Below are positions 10,132 through 21,639 of a stretch of 64,000 nucleotides of DNA, one piece after another (the first letter of the stretch is position 1; the number at the start of each line of letters is the position of its first letter). A program made the translations under genes and the position numbers. Below the pieces are notes generated by a model, which was given only the letters and a program-made list of their open reading frames with translations, was not told the DNA's origin and did no database searches. The stretch lies in the NCBI GenBank assembly GCA_963675495.1, contig OY776215.1, positions 832,001 through 896,000 of the forward strand, written 5' to 3'. This DNA comes from an uncultured Methanolobus sp. GTDB lineage: Archaea; Halobacteriota; Methanosarcinia; Methanosarcinales; Methanosarcinaceae.

Positions 10132-11049
10132 ATGATAACATGTTCGGCACCCGGGAAAGTTTACCTTTTTGGTGAACATGCAGTAGTGTATGGTGAAAGC
10201 GCCATCTGCTGTGCAATAGAACTTCGCACGAAGGTACACGTGCAGAAAGATAGCGATATAATAATTGAATCAGTTCTTGGAACCACAGGACTTGATTTTG
10301 AAATACACCCATACATATCCCATGTCATCGAGAAAATGCGACAGATGACAGACATAGAAGGACTTAGAATTAAGATAGAATCAGAGCTTCCAGTGGGTTC
10401 CGGACTTGGATCATCAGCCGCAGTCACTGTTGCAACTATACAGGCATTGAACCACTTATATGAATGTGACCTTTCGCTCGAAGATATTGCGAAGACCGGA
10501 CATGAAATAGAGAAGATGGTACAGGGCAATGCGAGCCCCACAGACACATATGTGAGTACCATGGGCGGTGTTGTGATGATACCCCAACGAAAGAAGCTTC
10601 AACTTATTAAATGTCCAATTGTGATCGGCAATACGAACAAGTTTTCCTCTACAAAGGAGCTTGTAGGAAATGTTGCGAAGCTTCGTAGAGAATTTCCTAC
10701 TGTAATTGACCCAATACTTTCCAATATTGGCCAGATGTCCATAGTTGCTGAAAAATTCGTCAATGAAAACGACTACATAACCATAGGCAAGCTCATGAAT
10801 GTTAATCAGGGACTTCTCGATGCTATTGGTGTCGGAAGTGCGGAACTTTCATCCCTTGTATATGCAGCACGCAAAAATGGTGCCATAAGTGCTAAAATAA
10901 CAGGTGCTGGCGGTGGAGGATGTATGGTTGCACTTGCAGAAGACGAAAATGCAACGGATGTTTCAAGAGCCATTGAAAAAGCAGGCGGAGAAGCCATTAT
11001 TACTAAAAATACAGAAGAAGGCGTACGACTGGAGTCATTAAATGGATAA
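10132..11049 (+). CDS. mvk: Mevalonate kinase
   Basis: PGKVYLFGEHAVVYG, PVGSGLGSSAA, KITGAGGGG. Confidence 0.93.
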   Translation: MITCSAPGKVYLFGEHAVVYGESAICCAIELRTKVHVQKDSDIIIESVLGTTGLDFEIHPYISHVIEKMRQMTDIEGLRIKIESELPVGSGLGSSAAVTVATIQALNHLYECDLSLEDIAKTGHEIEKMVQGNASPTDTYVSTMGGVVMIPQRKKLQLIKCPIVIGNTNKFSSTKELVGNVAKLRREFPTVIDPILSNIGQMSIVAEKFVNENDYITIGKLMNVNQGLLDAIGVGSAELSSLVYAARKNGAISAKITGAGGGGCMVALAEDENATDVSRAIEKAGGEAIITKNTEEGVRLESLNG

Positions 11050-11812
11050 CAATAGTATCACCATCTTAAAGATTGGTGGCAGTGTCATCACTGACAAAAG
11101 TGCTGATGACGGTGCTGCAAGAATGGATGAAATTAAGCGTATTGCCAGTGAAATTGCAGATTTTGACGGTAAACTTATCATCGTGCATGGAGCCGGTTCC
11201 TTCGGCCATCCGCAGGTCAAACGCTTTGGACTGACAGGAAAATTCGATCACGCAGGGTCGATAATAACACACATGTCCGTAAGGGAACTAAACACCACGG
11301 TAGTCGAGACCCTGAATTCTGCAGGAGTGAATGCGTTACCATTACACCCAATGGCCTGTACAGTGTCTGAAAACAGCCGAATAAAGAGTATGTTCCTTGA
11401 ACAGATAGAGGAAATGCTTGCAAATGGTTTTGTTCCTGTGTTACATGGAGACATGGTAATGGACACTGAACTTGGAACTTCAGTGCTTTCCGGAGACCAG
11501 ATAGTCCCATATCTGGCAATACAGATGAAAGCATCAAGAATTGGTATCGGAAGTGCTGAAGAAGGTGTACTTGACAATAAGAATGAAGTTATACCAAAGA
11601 TCAGCAATGAAAACTTCGATGAAGTCAGGGAATACCTTGGAGGATCATCCAAAACTGATGTCACCGGTGGTATGCTGGGAAAAGTACTTGAGCTTTTAAA
11701 TCTTAGTGAGCAGTCAAGTAGCACTTCTTATATATTCAATGCAGGCAATTCAGGGAACATATCCGATTTCCTGAAAGGAAAGAATATCGGCACCGCAATT
11801 TCTGGTGTCTGA
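11042..11812 (+). CDS. ipk: Isopentenyl phosphate kinase
   Basis: LKIGGSVITDK, HGAGSFGH, DVTGGM; lies between mvk and fni. Confidence 0.92.
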   Translation: MDNNSITILKIGGSVITDKSADDGAARMDEIKRIASEIADFDGKLIIVHGAGSFGHPQVKRFGLTGKFDHAGSIITHMSVRELNTTVVETLNSAGVNALPLHPMACTVSENSRIKSMFLEQIEEMLANGFVPVLHGDMVMDTELGTSVLSGDQIVPYLAIQMKASRIGIGSAEEGVLDNKNEVIPKISNENFDEVREYLGGSSKTDVTGGMLGKVLELLNLSEQSSSTSYIFNAGNSGNISDFLKGKNIGTAISGV

Positions 11813-11837
11813 ACAATATAGATATTAAGGTATTATT

Positions 11838-12941
11838 ATGAGCACTTCCAGGAGAAAGATAGAGCATCTAGAGTTATGCGCTGCAAGCCCGGTAGAATCA
11901 AGGAAAATTGGACCAGGATTCAAGGATGTCATGCTGGTGCACAGGGCTTTGCCAGAGATGGACATGGATGAGATCGATCTGTCTGTCCGTTTTCTGGAAA
12001 AGGACATGAATGCACCTTTCATGATAGCATCCATAACCGGCGGACATCCGGATACAAAACCTGTCAATGCTGCACTTGCAGAAGCTGCAGAAGAACTGGG
12101 AATTGGAATTGGCGTTGGAAGCCAGAGAGCAGCCATAGAAGACCCTTCACAGGAAGAATCTTTCAGCATTGTCAGGGATAAAGCACCCAGTGCATTTGTA
12201 TATGGGAATATTGGTGCTGCACAAATACGAGAATATGGCGTTGAAGGCGTAGAAAAGATCATTGAAATGATCGATGCAGATGCCATTGCAATTCATCTGA
12301 ACTTCCTTCAGGAAGCAATACAACCAGAAGGTGACAGAGATGCTTCTGGAGCACTGGATGTCATAAAAGAAATCTGTTCCCTAGCAGTACCTGTGATCAT
12401 TAAAGAAACAGGTGCAGGAATATCACATGAAGACGCATTACTCCTCAAAGATGCAGGAGCCTCAGCCATAGACGTAGGTGGTGTGGGAGGTACCAGCTGG
12501 TCCGGTGTGGAAGTATATCGTGCCAGGGAGAGAAAAGACCTGGAATCTGAATTACTAGGAGAATTGTTCTGGGATTTCGGCATACCCACTGTTCCAAGTA
12601 TAGTGGAATGCAGCGTGTTTTTACCAGTAATAGCAACCGGCGGACTTAGAACGGGCTTGGATATTGCAAAGTCACTTGCACTTGGTGCATCTGTTGCGAG
12701 TGCTGCGCTTCCTTTTGTTGAGCCGGCATTAAAAGGAAAAGATGAGGTCGTAAGCAGCATTCAGCATATGCTGAATGAACTCAAAGTAGCAATGTTCCTT
12801 TGCGGCTACAAAGATGTGAAAGACCTGCATCTGGCACCCACTGTGATCAGTGGCTGGACAAGAGAGTATCTTGAAATGCGTGGCTTTAACGTGAAAGACC
12901 TTGCTCTTCGTTCAAAGAACACTGATTTCCAGAGAGTTTAA
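11838..12941 (+). CDS. fni: Type 2 isopentenyl-diphosphate isomerase
   Basis: RKIEH, SITGG, GVGSQRA, HLNFLQE, GGTSW. Confidence 0.95.
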   Translation: MSTSRRKIEHLELCAASPVESRKIGPGFKDVMLVHRALPEMDMDEIDLSVRFLEKDMNAPFMIASITGGHPDTKPVNAALAEAAEELGIGIGVGSQRAAIEDPSQEESFSIVRDKAPSAFVYGNIGAAQIREYGVEGVEKIIEMIDADAIAIHLNFLQEAIQPEGDRDASGALDVIKEICSLAVPVIIKETGAGISHEDALLLKDAGASAIDVGGVGGTSWSGVEVYRARERKDLESELLGELFWDFGIPTVPSIVECSVFLPVIATGGLRTGLDIAKSLALGASVASAALPFVEPALKGKDEVVSSIQHMLNELKVAMFLCGYKDVKDLHLAPTVISGWTREYLEMRGFNVKDLALRSKNTDFQRV

Positions 12942-13001
12942 CATTCATCAAATAAGGGGATACTTAAATAAAACACATATAATAATTAGAGAGATATACA
13001 T

Positions 13002-14348
13002 ATGACTGAAATAGGAATCATTGCAGTTGGCGGCTATAACGAAATGGGCCGTAACATGACTGCTATCAGGATCAATGATGACATAATCATCGTTGATATG
13101 GGCCTTCGTCTGGACAGAGTCCAGATACATGAGGACGTAGAGATCGACAAGATGCACTCGCTTGAACTTATTGAGATGGGAGCCATTCCTGACGACACAA
13201 TCATGAAGGAAGTCAACGGGAATGTACGTGCAATTGTCTGCACACACGGTCACCTTGACCATATTGGTGCAATATCAAAACTTGCACACAGATACACAGC
13301 TCCTATAATAGGAACGCCTTATACAACAACCCTCATTAAACATCAAATAGAATCCGAGAGAAAATTCGGAGTAAAGAACAACATCGTGTCAATGAATGCC
13401 GGCGGCACAATGGAAATAACAAAAGATATTTCCATCGAATTTGTCAATGCCCAACACAGCATAATTGATACCATTTTCCTTGTAGTCCATACAGTAAGTG
13501 GTGCTATAATCTACGCTTGTGACTTTAAGCTTGACAGGACACCTACACTTGGAGAAGCACCTGACTTTGACAGACTCAAGCAGCTTGGAGAAGAAGGAGT
13601 TATTGCACTTATTACAGAAAGTACAAATTCCGGTCGTAACGGAAAAACTCCATCTGAAATGATAGCTCATTCAATGCTAAGGGATGTACTTATCGAGACA
13701 GAAGAATCAGATGTAGGCATGATCGTAACAACCTTTGCATCACATGTAGCCCGAATGAACTCTATTGTTAAGTTCGCAGAAGAAATGGGAAGAATCCCTG
13801 TACTTATGGGCAGGTCCATGGAGAGATACATTGCAACTGCGCACCAGATGGGATACATCGACCTTCCTGAATCAGTAGAGATATATGGCAACCGCAGGGA
13901 GATAGACAAGGCCCTTGCAAGGATCATGGAAGGTGGAAAAGATAAATACCTGCCAGTGGTCACAGGCCATCAGGGAGAACCTGGCGCTGTGCTTGGAAGA
14001 ATTGCAAGTGGAGATACACCTTTCAAGATAGACAAAGGTGACAGGATCATATTCTCTGCTAATATAATACCAAATCCAATGACACAGGCAAACCGCTATG
14101 CACTTGAGACTAAATTGAAGATGCGTGGAGCCAGGATATATGACAATGTCCATGTTTCAGGACACGCATACCGTGAAGACCACTGGGAATTGCTAAGGAT
14201 GTTGAAACCCGAACATGTAGTACCCGCACACGGAACCATACAAATGCACAGTGAATACATACAGATGGCAGAAGATGCAGGGTACATACTTGGAGATACT
14301 CTCCACCTCCTAAGGAATGGAGAAGAACTCTACATTGAGGAAGAGTAA
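13002..14348 (+). CDS. rnj: Ribonuclease J (beta-CASP)
   Basis: GGYNEMGRNM, THGHLDH, HVSGHA. Confidence 0.93.
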   Translation: MTEIGIIAVGGYNEMGRNMTAIRINDDIIIVDMGLRLDRVQIHEDVEIDKMHSLELIEMGAIPDDTIMKEVNGNVRAIVCTHGHLDHIGAISKLAHRYTAPIIGTPYTTTLIKHQIESERKFGVKNNIVSMNAGGTMEITKDISIEFVNAQHSIIDTIFLVVHTVSGAIIYACDFKLDRTPTLGEAPDFDRLKQLGEEGVIALITESTNSGRNGKTPSEMIAHSMLRDVLIETEESDVGMIVTTFASHVARMNSIVKFAEEMGRIPVLMGRSMERYIATAHQMGYIDLPESVEIYGNRREIDKALARIMEGGKDKYLPVVTGHQGEPGAVLGRIASGDTPFKIDKGDRIIFSANIIPNPMTQANRYALETKLKMRGARIYDNVHVSGHAYREDHWELLRMLKPEHVVPAHGTIQMHSEYIQMAEDAGYILGDTLHLLRNGEELYIEEE

Positions 14349-14369
14349 TTAGTTTAGACAGGGATCTTT

Positions 14370-15335
14370 ATGGATTTGATCGAAGAGATTAAAAAGCGCT
14401 CAAAGCATGTTGATAAAGGAATAGAGGAATACCTCCCAATCGACAAACCATATGAGCTTTATAAGGCAGCTAGATACCTTCCTGACGCAGGTGGTAAAAG
14501 GTTGCGTCCGGCAACAGTCATTCTTGCAGCAGAAGCTGTGGGATCAGATCTTGAAACAGTTCTTCCGGCCGCAGTGGCAGTTGAACTGGTCCATAATTTC
14601 ACACTTGTTCACGATGACATAATGGACAGGGATGATATACGCCGCGGAATGCCTGCAGTCCATGTCAAATGGGGAGAAGCAGGAGCAATCCTTGCTGGCG
14701 ATACCCTTTACTCGAAAGCTTTCGAGATACTTACACATGCACCAGGAGAACCTAAGCGCATCCTTAAATGTATCGACATACTTTCCAAGACATGTAGAGA
14801 CATTTGTGAGGGTCAGTGGCTTGATGTGGAATTCGAGGACCGCATGGATGTTACAAAGGAAGAATATCTCGAAATGATCGAGAAGAAAACCGGTGTACTT
14901 TATGCTGCTTCCCTGCAAATTGGTGCCATTCTGGGTGGTGCATCTGATGAAGTTGCCGATGCATTCTATGAGTGTGGAAGATTAATTGGTATAGCTTTCC
15001 AGATATATGATGATGTCATTGACATGACAACCCCTGAAGAAGTGCTGGGAAAGGTCAGAGGCAGTGACCTTATGGAAGGTAAGAAAACCCTCATAGCCAT
15101 ACATGCTCTGAATAATGGTGTGGACCTTAAGATATTCGGTAAAGGAAAAGCCACAACTGAAGAGATCAATGAGGCTGTTCATCAACTGGAAGAGGCAGGC
15201 TCAATAGATTATGTAAGCGATCTTGCACTGGGCTATGTAGCAAAAGGCAAAGAGCTTCTTGATGTTGTTGAGGATTCTGATTCAAAGACCATACTTCTGG
15301 CAATTGCAGATTATATGATCACAAGATCATATTGA
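14370..15335 (+). CDS. idsA: Geranylgeranyl diphosphate synthase
   Basis: GGKRLRP, HDDIMD and YDDVID aspartate-rich motifs. Confidence 0.9.
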   Translation: MDLIEEIKKRSKHVDKGIEEYLPIDKPYELYKAARYLPDAGGKRLRPATVILAAEAVGSDLETVLPAAVAVELVHNFTLVHDDIMDRDDIRRGMPAVHVKWGEAGAILAGDTLYSKAFEILTHAPGEPKRILKCIDILSKTCRDICEGQWLDVEFEDRMDVTKEEYLEMIEKKTGVLYAASLQIGAILGGASDEVADAFYECGRLIGIAFQIYDDVIDMTTPEEVLGKVRGSDLMEGKKTLIAIHALNNGVDLKIFGKGKATTEEINEAVHQLEEAGSIDYVSDLALGYVAKGKELLDVVEDSDSKTILLAIADYMITRSY

Positions 15336-15491
15336 TCTGTTCTTTCTCTTTTTTGTTTTTTATCTTATTTTTAAGAGCTACGCTTTTAGCCTATTCTAGT
15401 TACCATTTAGGACGAGTGATGCTGAAAATACCCCAATAACTGAAAGTACTCAGTTGTAAATAATCAAGAAAAAAGAAAGAATATTGAAAAA

Positions 15492-18152
15492 TCAGGAGTT
15501 GTCCTGTTTTTCAATTGCAGCCTGTGCTGCGGAAAGTCTTGCAATTGGTACACGGAAAGGTGAGCAACTTACGTAGTTCAGTCCGACGTTATATCCGAAC
15601 TTTACAGAGCTTGGTTCTCCACCGTGTTCACCACATATACCTATCTTAAGATCAGGTCTTGTGGAGCGTCCCTTTTCAATACCGATCCTGACAAGTTCAC
15701 CAACGCCTTCCTGGTCAAGGACTGCAAAAGGATCGTTATCAAGTATTGAATTCTCGACATAGAATGGAAGGAACTTACCTGCATCATCCCTGCTGAAACC
15801 AAAGGTTGTCTGCGTAAGATCATTGGTTCCGAATGAGAAGAACTCTGCTTCCTTTGCTATCTGGTCAGCTGTCAGAGCAGCTCTTGGAAGTTCGATCATT
15901 GTACCTACAAGATACTCCAGCTCGACACAGTTTTTGGCTATCACGGCTTCTGCGACTTCAACAAGATCCTTCTTGGCAGAACGGAGTTCATTAACGTGAG
16001 ATATCAGAGGGATCATAATTTCAGGAACTATATCCATGCCCTCGGACTTCAGCTCACATGCAGCTTCCATTATAGCCCGGACCTGCATTGCATAGATCTC
16101 AGGGTATGTGATACCAAGACGGCAACCACGGTGTCCTAACATCGGATTTGTCTCTACCATAGAGTCAACGCGTTCCATCAGCTTTTTGATATCTTCCATG
16201 CTTTGGGAACTGCCACCTTCTGCTTCAAGAGCCCTTAACTTATCTGCAAGCTCTTCGTGTTTTGGAAGGAACTCATGCAGAGGCGGATCAAGAAGACGAA
16301 TGGTTACAGGATAACCTTCCATTGCCCTGAACATACCTATGAAGTCTTCTTTCTGCATCGGAAGAAGCTTATCAAGAGCTGCTCTTCTCACATTGGTATC
16401 TTCAGCCAGTATCATATCCCTTACTGCAGGAATACGGTCCTCTCCAAAGAACATGTGTTCGGTTCTGCAAAGTCCAATGCCTTCGGCACCGAATTCCCTG
16501 GCAACCTTAGCATCATGAGGCGTATCTGCGTTTGTCCTGACACCCATATCCCTTACTTCATCTGCCCATGAAAGGAGTATATCAAGTTCACCGCTTACAC
16601 CAGGAGTGATCAAATCGACTTTACCAATAATGAGACCACCAGTAGCTCCATCCACTGTAATGTAGTCCCCTTCCTTCACAGTAACATCACGGACTGCAAA
16701 TGTCGAGTTAGCCATGTCAATCGTGATTGCACCACAGCCGGCAACACATGGTTTGCCCATACCTCTTGCAACAACAGCCGCATGAGAGGTCATACCCCCT
16801 CTTACAGTGAGTATTCCCTGCGCAGCATCCATACCGCCTATATCCTCAGGGGATGTTTCGGTACGAACAAGAATGACCTTTTCGTTATTCTTTGCCATTT
16901 CTTCAGCATGCTCTGCAGTAAAAACGACTTTACCAACAGCGGCTCCCGGGGATGCAGGAAGACCTGTGGCAAGAACTTCATATTCAGCTTGAGAATCAAT
17001 AGTTGGATGTAAAAGATTATCGATCTGTTCAGGAGAGACACGCATGAGAGCTGTTCGTTTGTCAATGAGTCCTTCATTGACCATGTCAACAGCCGTTTTC
17101 AAGGCCGCTGCAGCAGTGCGTTTGCCTGCTCTTGTTTGAAGCATGTACAATATGCCGTCCTCAATCGTAAATTCGATATCCTGCATGTCCTTGAAGTGGT
17201 TTTCCAGTTTCTTGTAGATCTCTTCAAGTTTTGCATAAGCTTCAGGCATTGTTTCTTCAAGGGTCGCTATTGGTTCAGGCGTCCTTATACCTGCAACGAC
17301 ATCTTCCCCCTGAGCATTCATCAGATACTCACCGAAGAAGCGCTTGTCCCCTGTTGCAGGGTCTCTTGTAAATGCTACACCTGTACCTGATGTCTCACCC
17401 ATGTTCCCATAGACCATGGATTGTACATTTACAGCTGTACCCCATTCACCCGGGATGCTGTTAAGACGTCTGTAGGTGATCGCACGCTGATTGTTCCATG
17501 AACTGAATACGGCATCAATAGCCATTTGGAGCTGCTTGCGTGGGTCCTGAGGGAAATCATTACCGGTTTCATCCCTTATTATATTCTTGAAGGTATCAAC
17601 AAGCTCTTTAAGAGACTCTGCATTAAGTTCCGTATCAAGAGTTACACCAAGTTCCTTTTTCTTTGCACTCAGAACAGATTCGAACTTATGATGTTCAATA
17701 TCCAGCACAACATCACCAAACATGGTGAGGAACCTGCGGTAGCTGTCATAGGCGAACCTTTCATTACCAGCCTTCTTTGCCAGGCCTGCTACAGTATCAT
17801 CATTCAACCCAAGGTTTAGAACAGTATCCATCATACCAGGCATGGAAACCCGTGCACCGGACCTGACTGAAATAAGCAAAGGATTTTCATTGTCTCCGAA
17901 CTTTTTGCCAGTTACCTTTTCAAGCTTTAATATTGCATTATTTATCTGGTCAATAACCTCGGTTGGATAAACCCCCTTCTCAAGATAAAGTAAACAAACC
18001 TCAGTTGTTATGGTGAATCCTGGTGGAACAGGGATTCCCAGATTGGCCATCTCTGCAAGGTTGGCTCCTTTGCCACCAAGCAGATCTTTCATACTATTTT
18101 TACCTTCAGTTTCTTCGTTCCCGAAAAAATATACAAATTTATTATCTGCCAC
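15492..18152 (-). CDS. ppdK: Pyruvate, phosphate dikinase
   Basis: LLGGKGANLAEM, GGMTSHAAVVARG, GTNDLTQ; GTG start after GGAGG. Confidence 0.96.
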   Translation of the reverse strand: MADNKFVYFFGNEETEGKNSMKDLLGGKGANLAEMANLGIPVPPGFTITTEVCLLYLEKGVYPTEVIDQINNAILKLEKVTGKKFGDNENPLLISVRSGARVSMPGMMDTVLNLGLNDDTVAGLAKKAGNERFAYDSYRRFLTMFGDVVLDIEHHKFESVLSAKKKELGVTLDTELNAESLKELVDTFKNIIRDETGNDFPQDPRKQLQMAIDAVFSSWNNQRAITYRRLNSIPGEWGTAVNVQSMVYGNMGETSGTGVAFTRDPATGDKRFFGEYLMNAQGEDVVAGIRTPEPIATLEETMPEAYAKLEEIYKKLENHFKDMQDIEFTIEDGILYMLQTRAGKRTAAAALKTAVDMVNEGLIDKRTALMRVSPEQIDNLLHPTIDSQAEYEVLATGLPASPGAAVGKVVFTAEHAEEMAKNNEKVILVRTETSPEDIGGMDAAQGILTVRGGMTSHAAVVARGMGKPCVAGCGAITIDMANSTFAVRDVTVKEGDYITVDGATGGLIIGKVDLITPGVSGELDILLSWADEVRDMGVRTNADTPHDAKVAREFGAEGIGLCRTEHMFFGEDRIPAVRDMILAEDTNVRRAALDKLLPMQKEDFIGMFRAMEGYPVTIRLLDPPLHEFLPKHEELADKLRALEAEGGSSQSMEDIKKLMERVDSMVETNPMLGHRGCRLGITYPEIYAMQVRAIMEAACELKSEGMDIVPEIMIPLISHVNELRSAKKDLVEVAEAVIAKNCVELEYLVGTMIELPRAALTADQIAKEAEFFSFGTNDLTQTTFGFSRDDAGKFLPFYVENSILDNDPFAVLDQEGVGELVRIGIEKGRSTRPDLKIGICGEHGGEPSSVKFGYNVGLNYVSCSPFRVPIARLSAAQAAIEKQDNS

Positions 18153-18401
18153 CGAATTTCCTCCACGCATAAGAATATATGATGGACATTTAAGTATTGT
18201 AATTTAAATTAGTGCTGTAAGTCGAGCCACAATTGTTTTTTTATCTCTTTAAGGTTGTGGTCTGTGAAAGGATAACACAGTCCGAAAAAGAATGGATATG
18301 TTTTTGTACTGAAAAAAATAAGTATTAAAATGCTTACGATAATTATATATACTATAAACGTACCATATAGTACAAAACCTAAATATAATGAATGAAGACA
18401 T

Positions 18402-18662
18402 ATGAAAAGATTAGGTCAAATACTGCATATTTCAAAGCAGAATGAAATCGTTGTTAGAGGGGACGAGAAACAATTTTCTGGGTCAATGAAGGAGCTACCT
18501 AGAGTTAACTCTTTTGTCCTGGATAAATCCATTAAGCCCATCGGAAAGGTTTCCGGCATATTTGGTCCTGTGGACCAGCCTTATTTTACTCTGAAACCTG
18601 ATAAGAGAATTATAGCTAGCGGATTGGAAAAACTTGTTAATGAGCGAGTTTACGTTCAATGA
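18402..18662 (+). CDS. gar1: H/ACA RNP protein Gar1
   Basis: MKRLG...IGKVSGIFGPVDQPY; directly upstream of tfb. Confidence 0.85.
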   Translation: MKRLGQILHISKQNEIVVRGDEKQFSGSMKELPRVNSFVLDKSIKPIGKVSGIFGPVDQPYFTLKPDKRIIASGLEKLVNERVYVQ

Positions 18663-18763
18663 TGAATTGAATTAAACTATAAGTATTTACGCTGTGAGCT
18701 GTGAATGACTAAAAATACACTTACCAAATATATTTTACATAATGTTTATTAAAGGTGATTTAA

Positions 18764-19777
18764 ATGGTCGAAGTTGAAAGGGTACGATATTCCGATACTT
18801 CCGAAAGGGAGAAGATACGTGCAATGATCAAGGCACGTAAAGAGAAAGATAAGAACTTAGACGTTGAAAAAGCAAAGGTCCAGTGCCCCGAGTGTGGCAG
18901 CCGCAACCTTGTACAGGACTACGAGAGAGCAGAGCTCGTATGTTCTGACTGTGGACTTGTAGTTGACGCAGAGTTCGTTGATGAAGGACCCGAATGGCGT
19001 GCTTTCGATCATGACCAGAGGATGAAGCGTTCCCGTGTGGGCGCACCAATGACCTACACGATACACGACAAAGGTCTGTCAACTATGATAGACTGGAGGA
19101 ACCGTGATTCATACGGAAAATCTATTTCATCAAAGAACAGGGCCCAGCTTTACAGGCTGAGAAAATGGCAACGTAGGATAAGAGTAAGCAATGCTACGGA
19201 AAGGAACCTTGCGTTCGCATTGTCCGAACTGGACCGTATGGCATCAGCTCTTGGTCTTCCAAGAACTGTTCGTGAGACTGCTGCTGTAGTCTACAGGAAA
19301 GCAGTCGACAAGAACCTCATCCGTGGAAGGAGCATTGAAGGTGTTGCCGCAGCAGCATTGTATGCAGCATGCCGCCAGTGCAGTGTCCCAAGGACACTTG
19401 ATGAGATAGGAGAAGTATCAAGGGTAAGCAGGAAAGAGATCGGAAGGACATACCGTTTCATCTCAAGAGAACTGTCCCTGAAGCTTATGCCAACCTCACC
19501 AATAGACTATGTCCCAAGATTCTGCTCAGGACTTAACCTTAAAGGTGAAGTTCAGTCCAGAGGCGTGGAGATTCTCAGGCAGGCTTCCGAGAAAGAGCTT
19601 ACCAGTGGCCGTGGGCCAACCGGTGTAGCTGCTGCAGCCATCTATATTGCATCCATTCTTTGTGGAGAGCGCCGTACACAGCGTGAGGTTGCTGATGTTG
19701 CCGGTGTGACAGAGGTCACTATCCGTAACAGATACAAAGAGCTTGCAGAAGAGCTTGATATTGAGATCATTCTCTGA
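18764..19777 (+). CDS. tfb: Transcription initiation factor IIB
   Basis: CPECGS zinc ribbon, GPEWRAF, two cyclin repeats. Confidence 0.97.
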   Translation: MVEVERVRYSDTSEREKIRAMIKARKEKDKNLDVEKAKVQCPECGSRNLVQDYERAELVCSDCGLVVDAEFVDEGPEWRAFDHDQRMKRSRVGAPMTYTIHDKGLSTMIDWRNRDSYGKSISSKNRAQLYRLRKWQRRIRVSNATERNLAFALSELDRMASALGLPRTVRETAAVVYRKAVDKNLIRGRSIEGVAAAALYAACRQCSVPRTLDEIGEVSRVSRKEIGRTYRFISRELSLKLMPTSPIDYVPRFCSGLNLKGEVQSRGVEILRQASEKELTSGRGPTGVAAAAIYIASILCGERRTQREVADVAGVTEVTIRNRYKELAEELDIEIIL

Positions 19778-19888
19778 GAACGCTGTCAAAATTCTGAAAC
19801 GAAGGAAGACCGTACCACCTCTTCCTTTGTTCCACATACTTTTTTCCAAATCTTTTTTACCATTTAGCCGGATTAACCAGTGTAAACT

Positions 19889-20500
19889 ATGTTAGAACTT
19901 CTGGAAATGCTGACAATAGGATTTGCCATGGGCATGACAGGTGCGCTTGTACCTGGACCAATGCTATTCGCTACGATAGATACGTCCCTGAAGAAAGGCT
20001 GGAAAGCTGGCCCCGAGATATTCATAGGCCACGCAATACTGGAATTTCTGGTCTGCATACTGATAATATTTGGTATCACAGCAGTTAGTGACAACACGGT
20101 CATGACAATATCCATACTCGGAGGAGCCACCCTTATTATGTTCGGCATCCTGACAATGAGAAATGCAAAGGGTGCGGCAGACTCAATGCATGAGCATGGA
20201 AATGCGAGCTCAAATCCAGTGCTTGCCGGAATAATCACATCAGCCTCAAACCCTTATTTCTGGCTCTGGTGGCTAGCTGCAGGAAGTGCGCTCGTACTAC
20301 GAGGACTTGAGATAAGTCTGCTTGCTGCAGCCATGTTCATGATAGGACACTGGTTAGCAGACCTTGGTTATTTCACATTTGTCTCTACATCATTCAGCAA
20401 AGGAAAGAAACTCATGTCCCCAAAAGTTTATGAAAGGGTACTGATGTCTTGTGGTCTGTTCCTTGTCCTGTTCGGGTCATGGTTTATCATAGGTACGTAG
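19889..20500 (+). CDS. LysE-family translocator
   Basis: GALVPGP, SNPYFWLWW, about 6 hydrophobic helices. Confidence 0.85.
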   Translation: MLELLEMLTIGFAMGMTGALVPGPMLFATIDTSLKKGWKAGPEIFIGHAILEFLVCILIIFGITAVSDNTVMTISILGGATLIMFGILTMRNAKGAADSMHEHGNASSNPVLAGIITSASNPYFWLWWLAAGSALVLRGLEISLLAAAMFMIGHWLADLGYFTFVSTSFSKGKKLMSPKVYERVLMSCGLFLVLFGSWFIIGT

Positions 20501-20502
20501 AC

Positions 20503-21504
20503 ATGAAAAAAAATTGTATCAAGGTTTTGAAGAAAGAAGGTGAACCAATACGCAGATCACTGCTGGAAATGGACTTGCTGGATAATTCCGCACGCATTAT
20601 TTCAGAAGGAGATCACCTGTATCTACCCCTTACAGAAGAGCCGCAGGAAAAACAGTTAATGAACCTGTCCGGAAATTTCGAACTCACCGAGCACGAGTTT
20701 GAGGAACAGAAAGGACAATTAAGGTTTGAAGACCTGCTTGATGAAGTACCGCATTTCGAACTAATTGGTGATATCGCACTTGTCGAAGATGATGTATCAG
20801 AGCCTGAAAAGGTAGCTGATGCCATCATGAAAGTGAAGAAGAACGTCAAAACAGTACTTGCCGCCATGAGCCCTGTTGAAGGAGAGTTCAGGACCCGCAG
20901 GTTCAGGGTAGTTGCAGGAGAGGACAGGACCTCAACCACACACAAGGAGTACGGTTGCAGATACTACATCGATCTTGAGAGAGCATACTTCACCCCCCGT
21001 CTGGCAACTGAGCGCTCACGTATCCTCGCACAGATCAGTGAAGGCCAGACCGTGGCAGACATGTTCGCAGGTGTTGGACCTTATAGTATAATGATAGCAA
21101 AAAAAAGCCCCGACATCCGGGTGATCGCCATAGACAAGAACCCCGATGCAGTGGAATTCCTTCGCCGCAACGTAGAACTCAATTCCGCCACCAATGTAGA
21201 AGCAATAGAAGGCGATGCCAACCTCGAGGCAGAAAAGTTTGCCGGAGTCGCCGACCACGTTATCATGAACCTACCCCACAACGCCAATGAGTTCCTTGAC
21301 GCTGCCATGAAATTGTGCGCTCCAAACGGTATCATCCACTATTATGATATCACCCACGAGGACGACCTTTTCGAGAGTTCCCTGAAACTTATCGAGGAGG
21401 CTGCATCCAGGGCAAATCGTACAACCGAGCTAGTAGAATCAAGGGTCGTCCGTTCCTACGCCCCTCACCAATCCAATGTCTGCATAGAAGTAAAAGTGAT
21501 ATAA
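20503..21504 (+). CDS. trm5: tRNA (guanine-37-N1) methyltransferase, Trm5/Met-10+ family
   Basis: YFTPRLATER, DMFAGVGPY, IMNLP. Confidence 0.85.
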   Translation: MKKNCIKVLKKEGEPIRRSLLEMDLLDNSARIISEGDHLYLPLTEEPQEKQLMNLSGNFELTEHEFEEQKGQLRFEDLLDEVPHFELIGDIALVEDDVSEPEKVADAIMKVKKNVKTVLAAMSPVEGEFRTRRFRVVAGEDRTSTTHKEYGCRYYIDLERAYFTPRLATERSRILAQISEGQTVADMFAGVGPYSIMIAKKSPDIRVIAIDKNPDAVEFLRRNVELNSATNVEAIEGDANLEAEKFAGVADHVIMNLPHNANEFLDAAMKLCAPNGIIHYYDITHEDDLFESSLKLIEEAASRANRTTELVESRVVRSYAPHQSNVCIEVKVI

Positions 21505-21567
21505 TCAGGCAGATTAATAAGCGAAATGGTTAAATCATTACATACAATTATAGTGTCGTCCACACTT

Positions 21568-21639
21568 GCCTCTGTGGCTTAGCGGTATAGCGGCTGATTC
21601 GTAATCAGCAGGCCGAGGGTTCGAATCTCTCCAGGGGCT
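21568..21639 (+). tRNA. tRNA-Thr(CGT), integration target
   Basis: Cloverleaf: acceptor GCCTCTG/CAGGGGC, anticodon arm GCTGA-TTCGTAA-TCAGC, T-arm GAGGG-TTCGAAT-CTCTC; CCA not encoded. Confidence 0.95.
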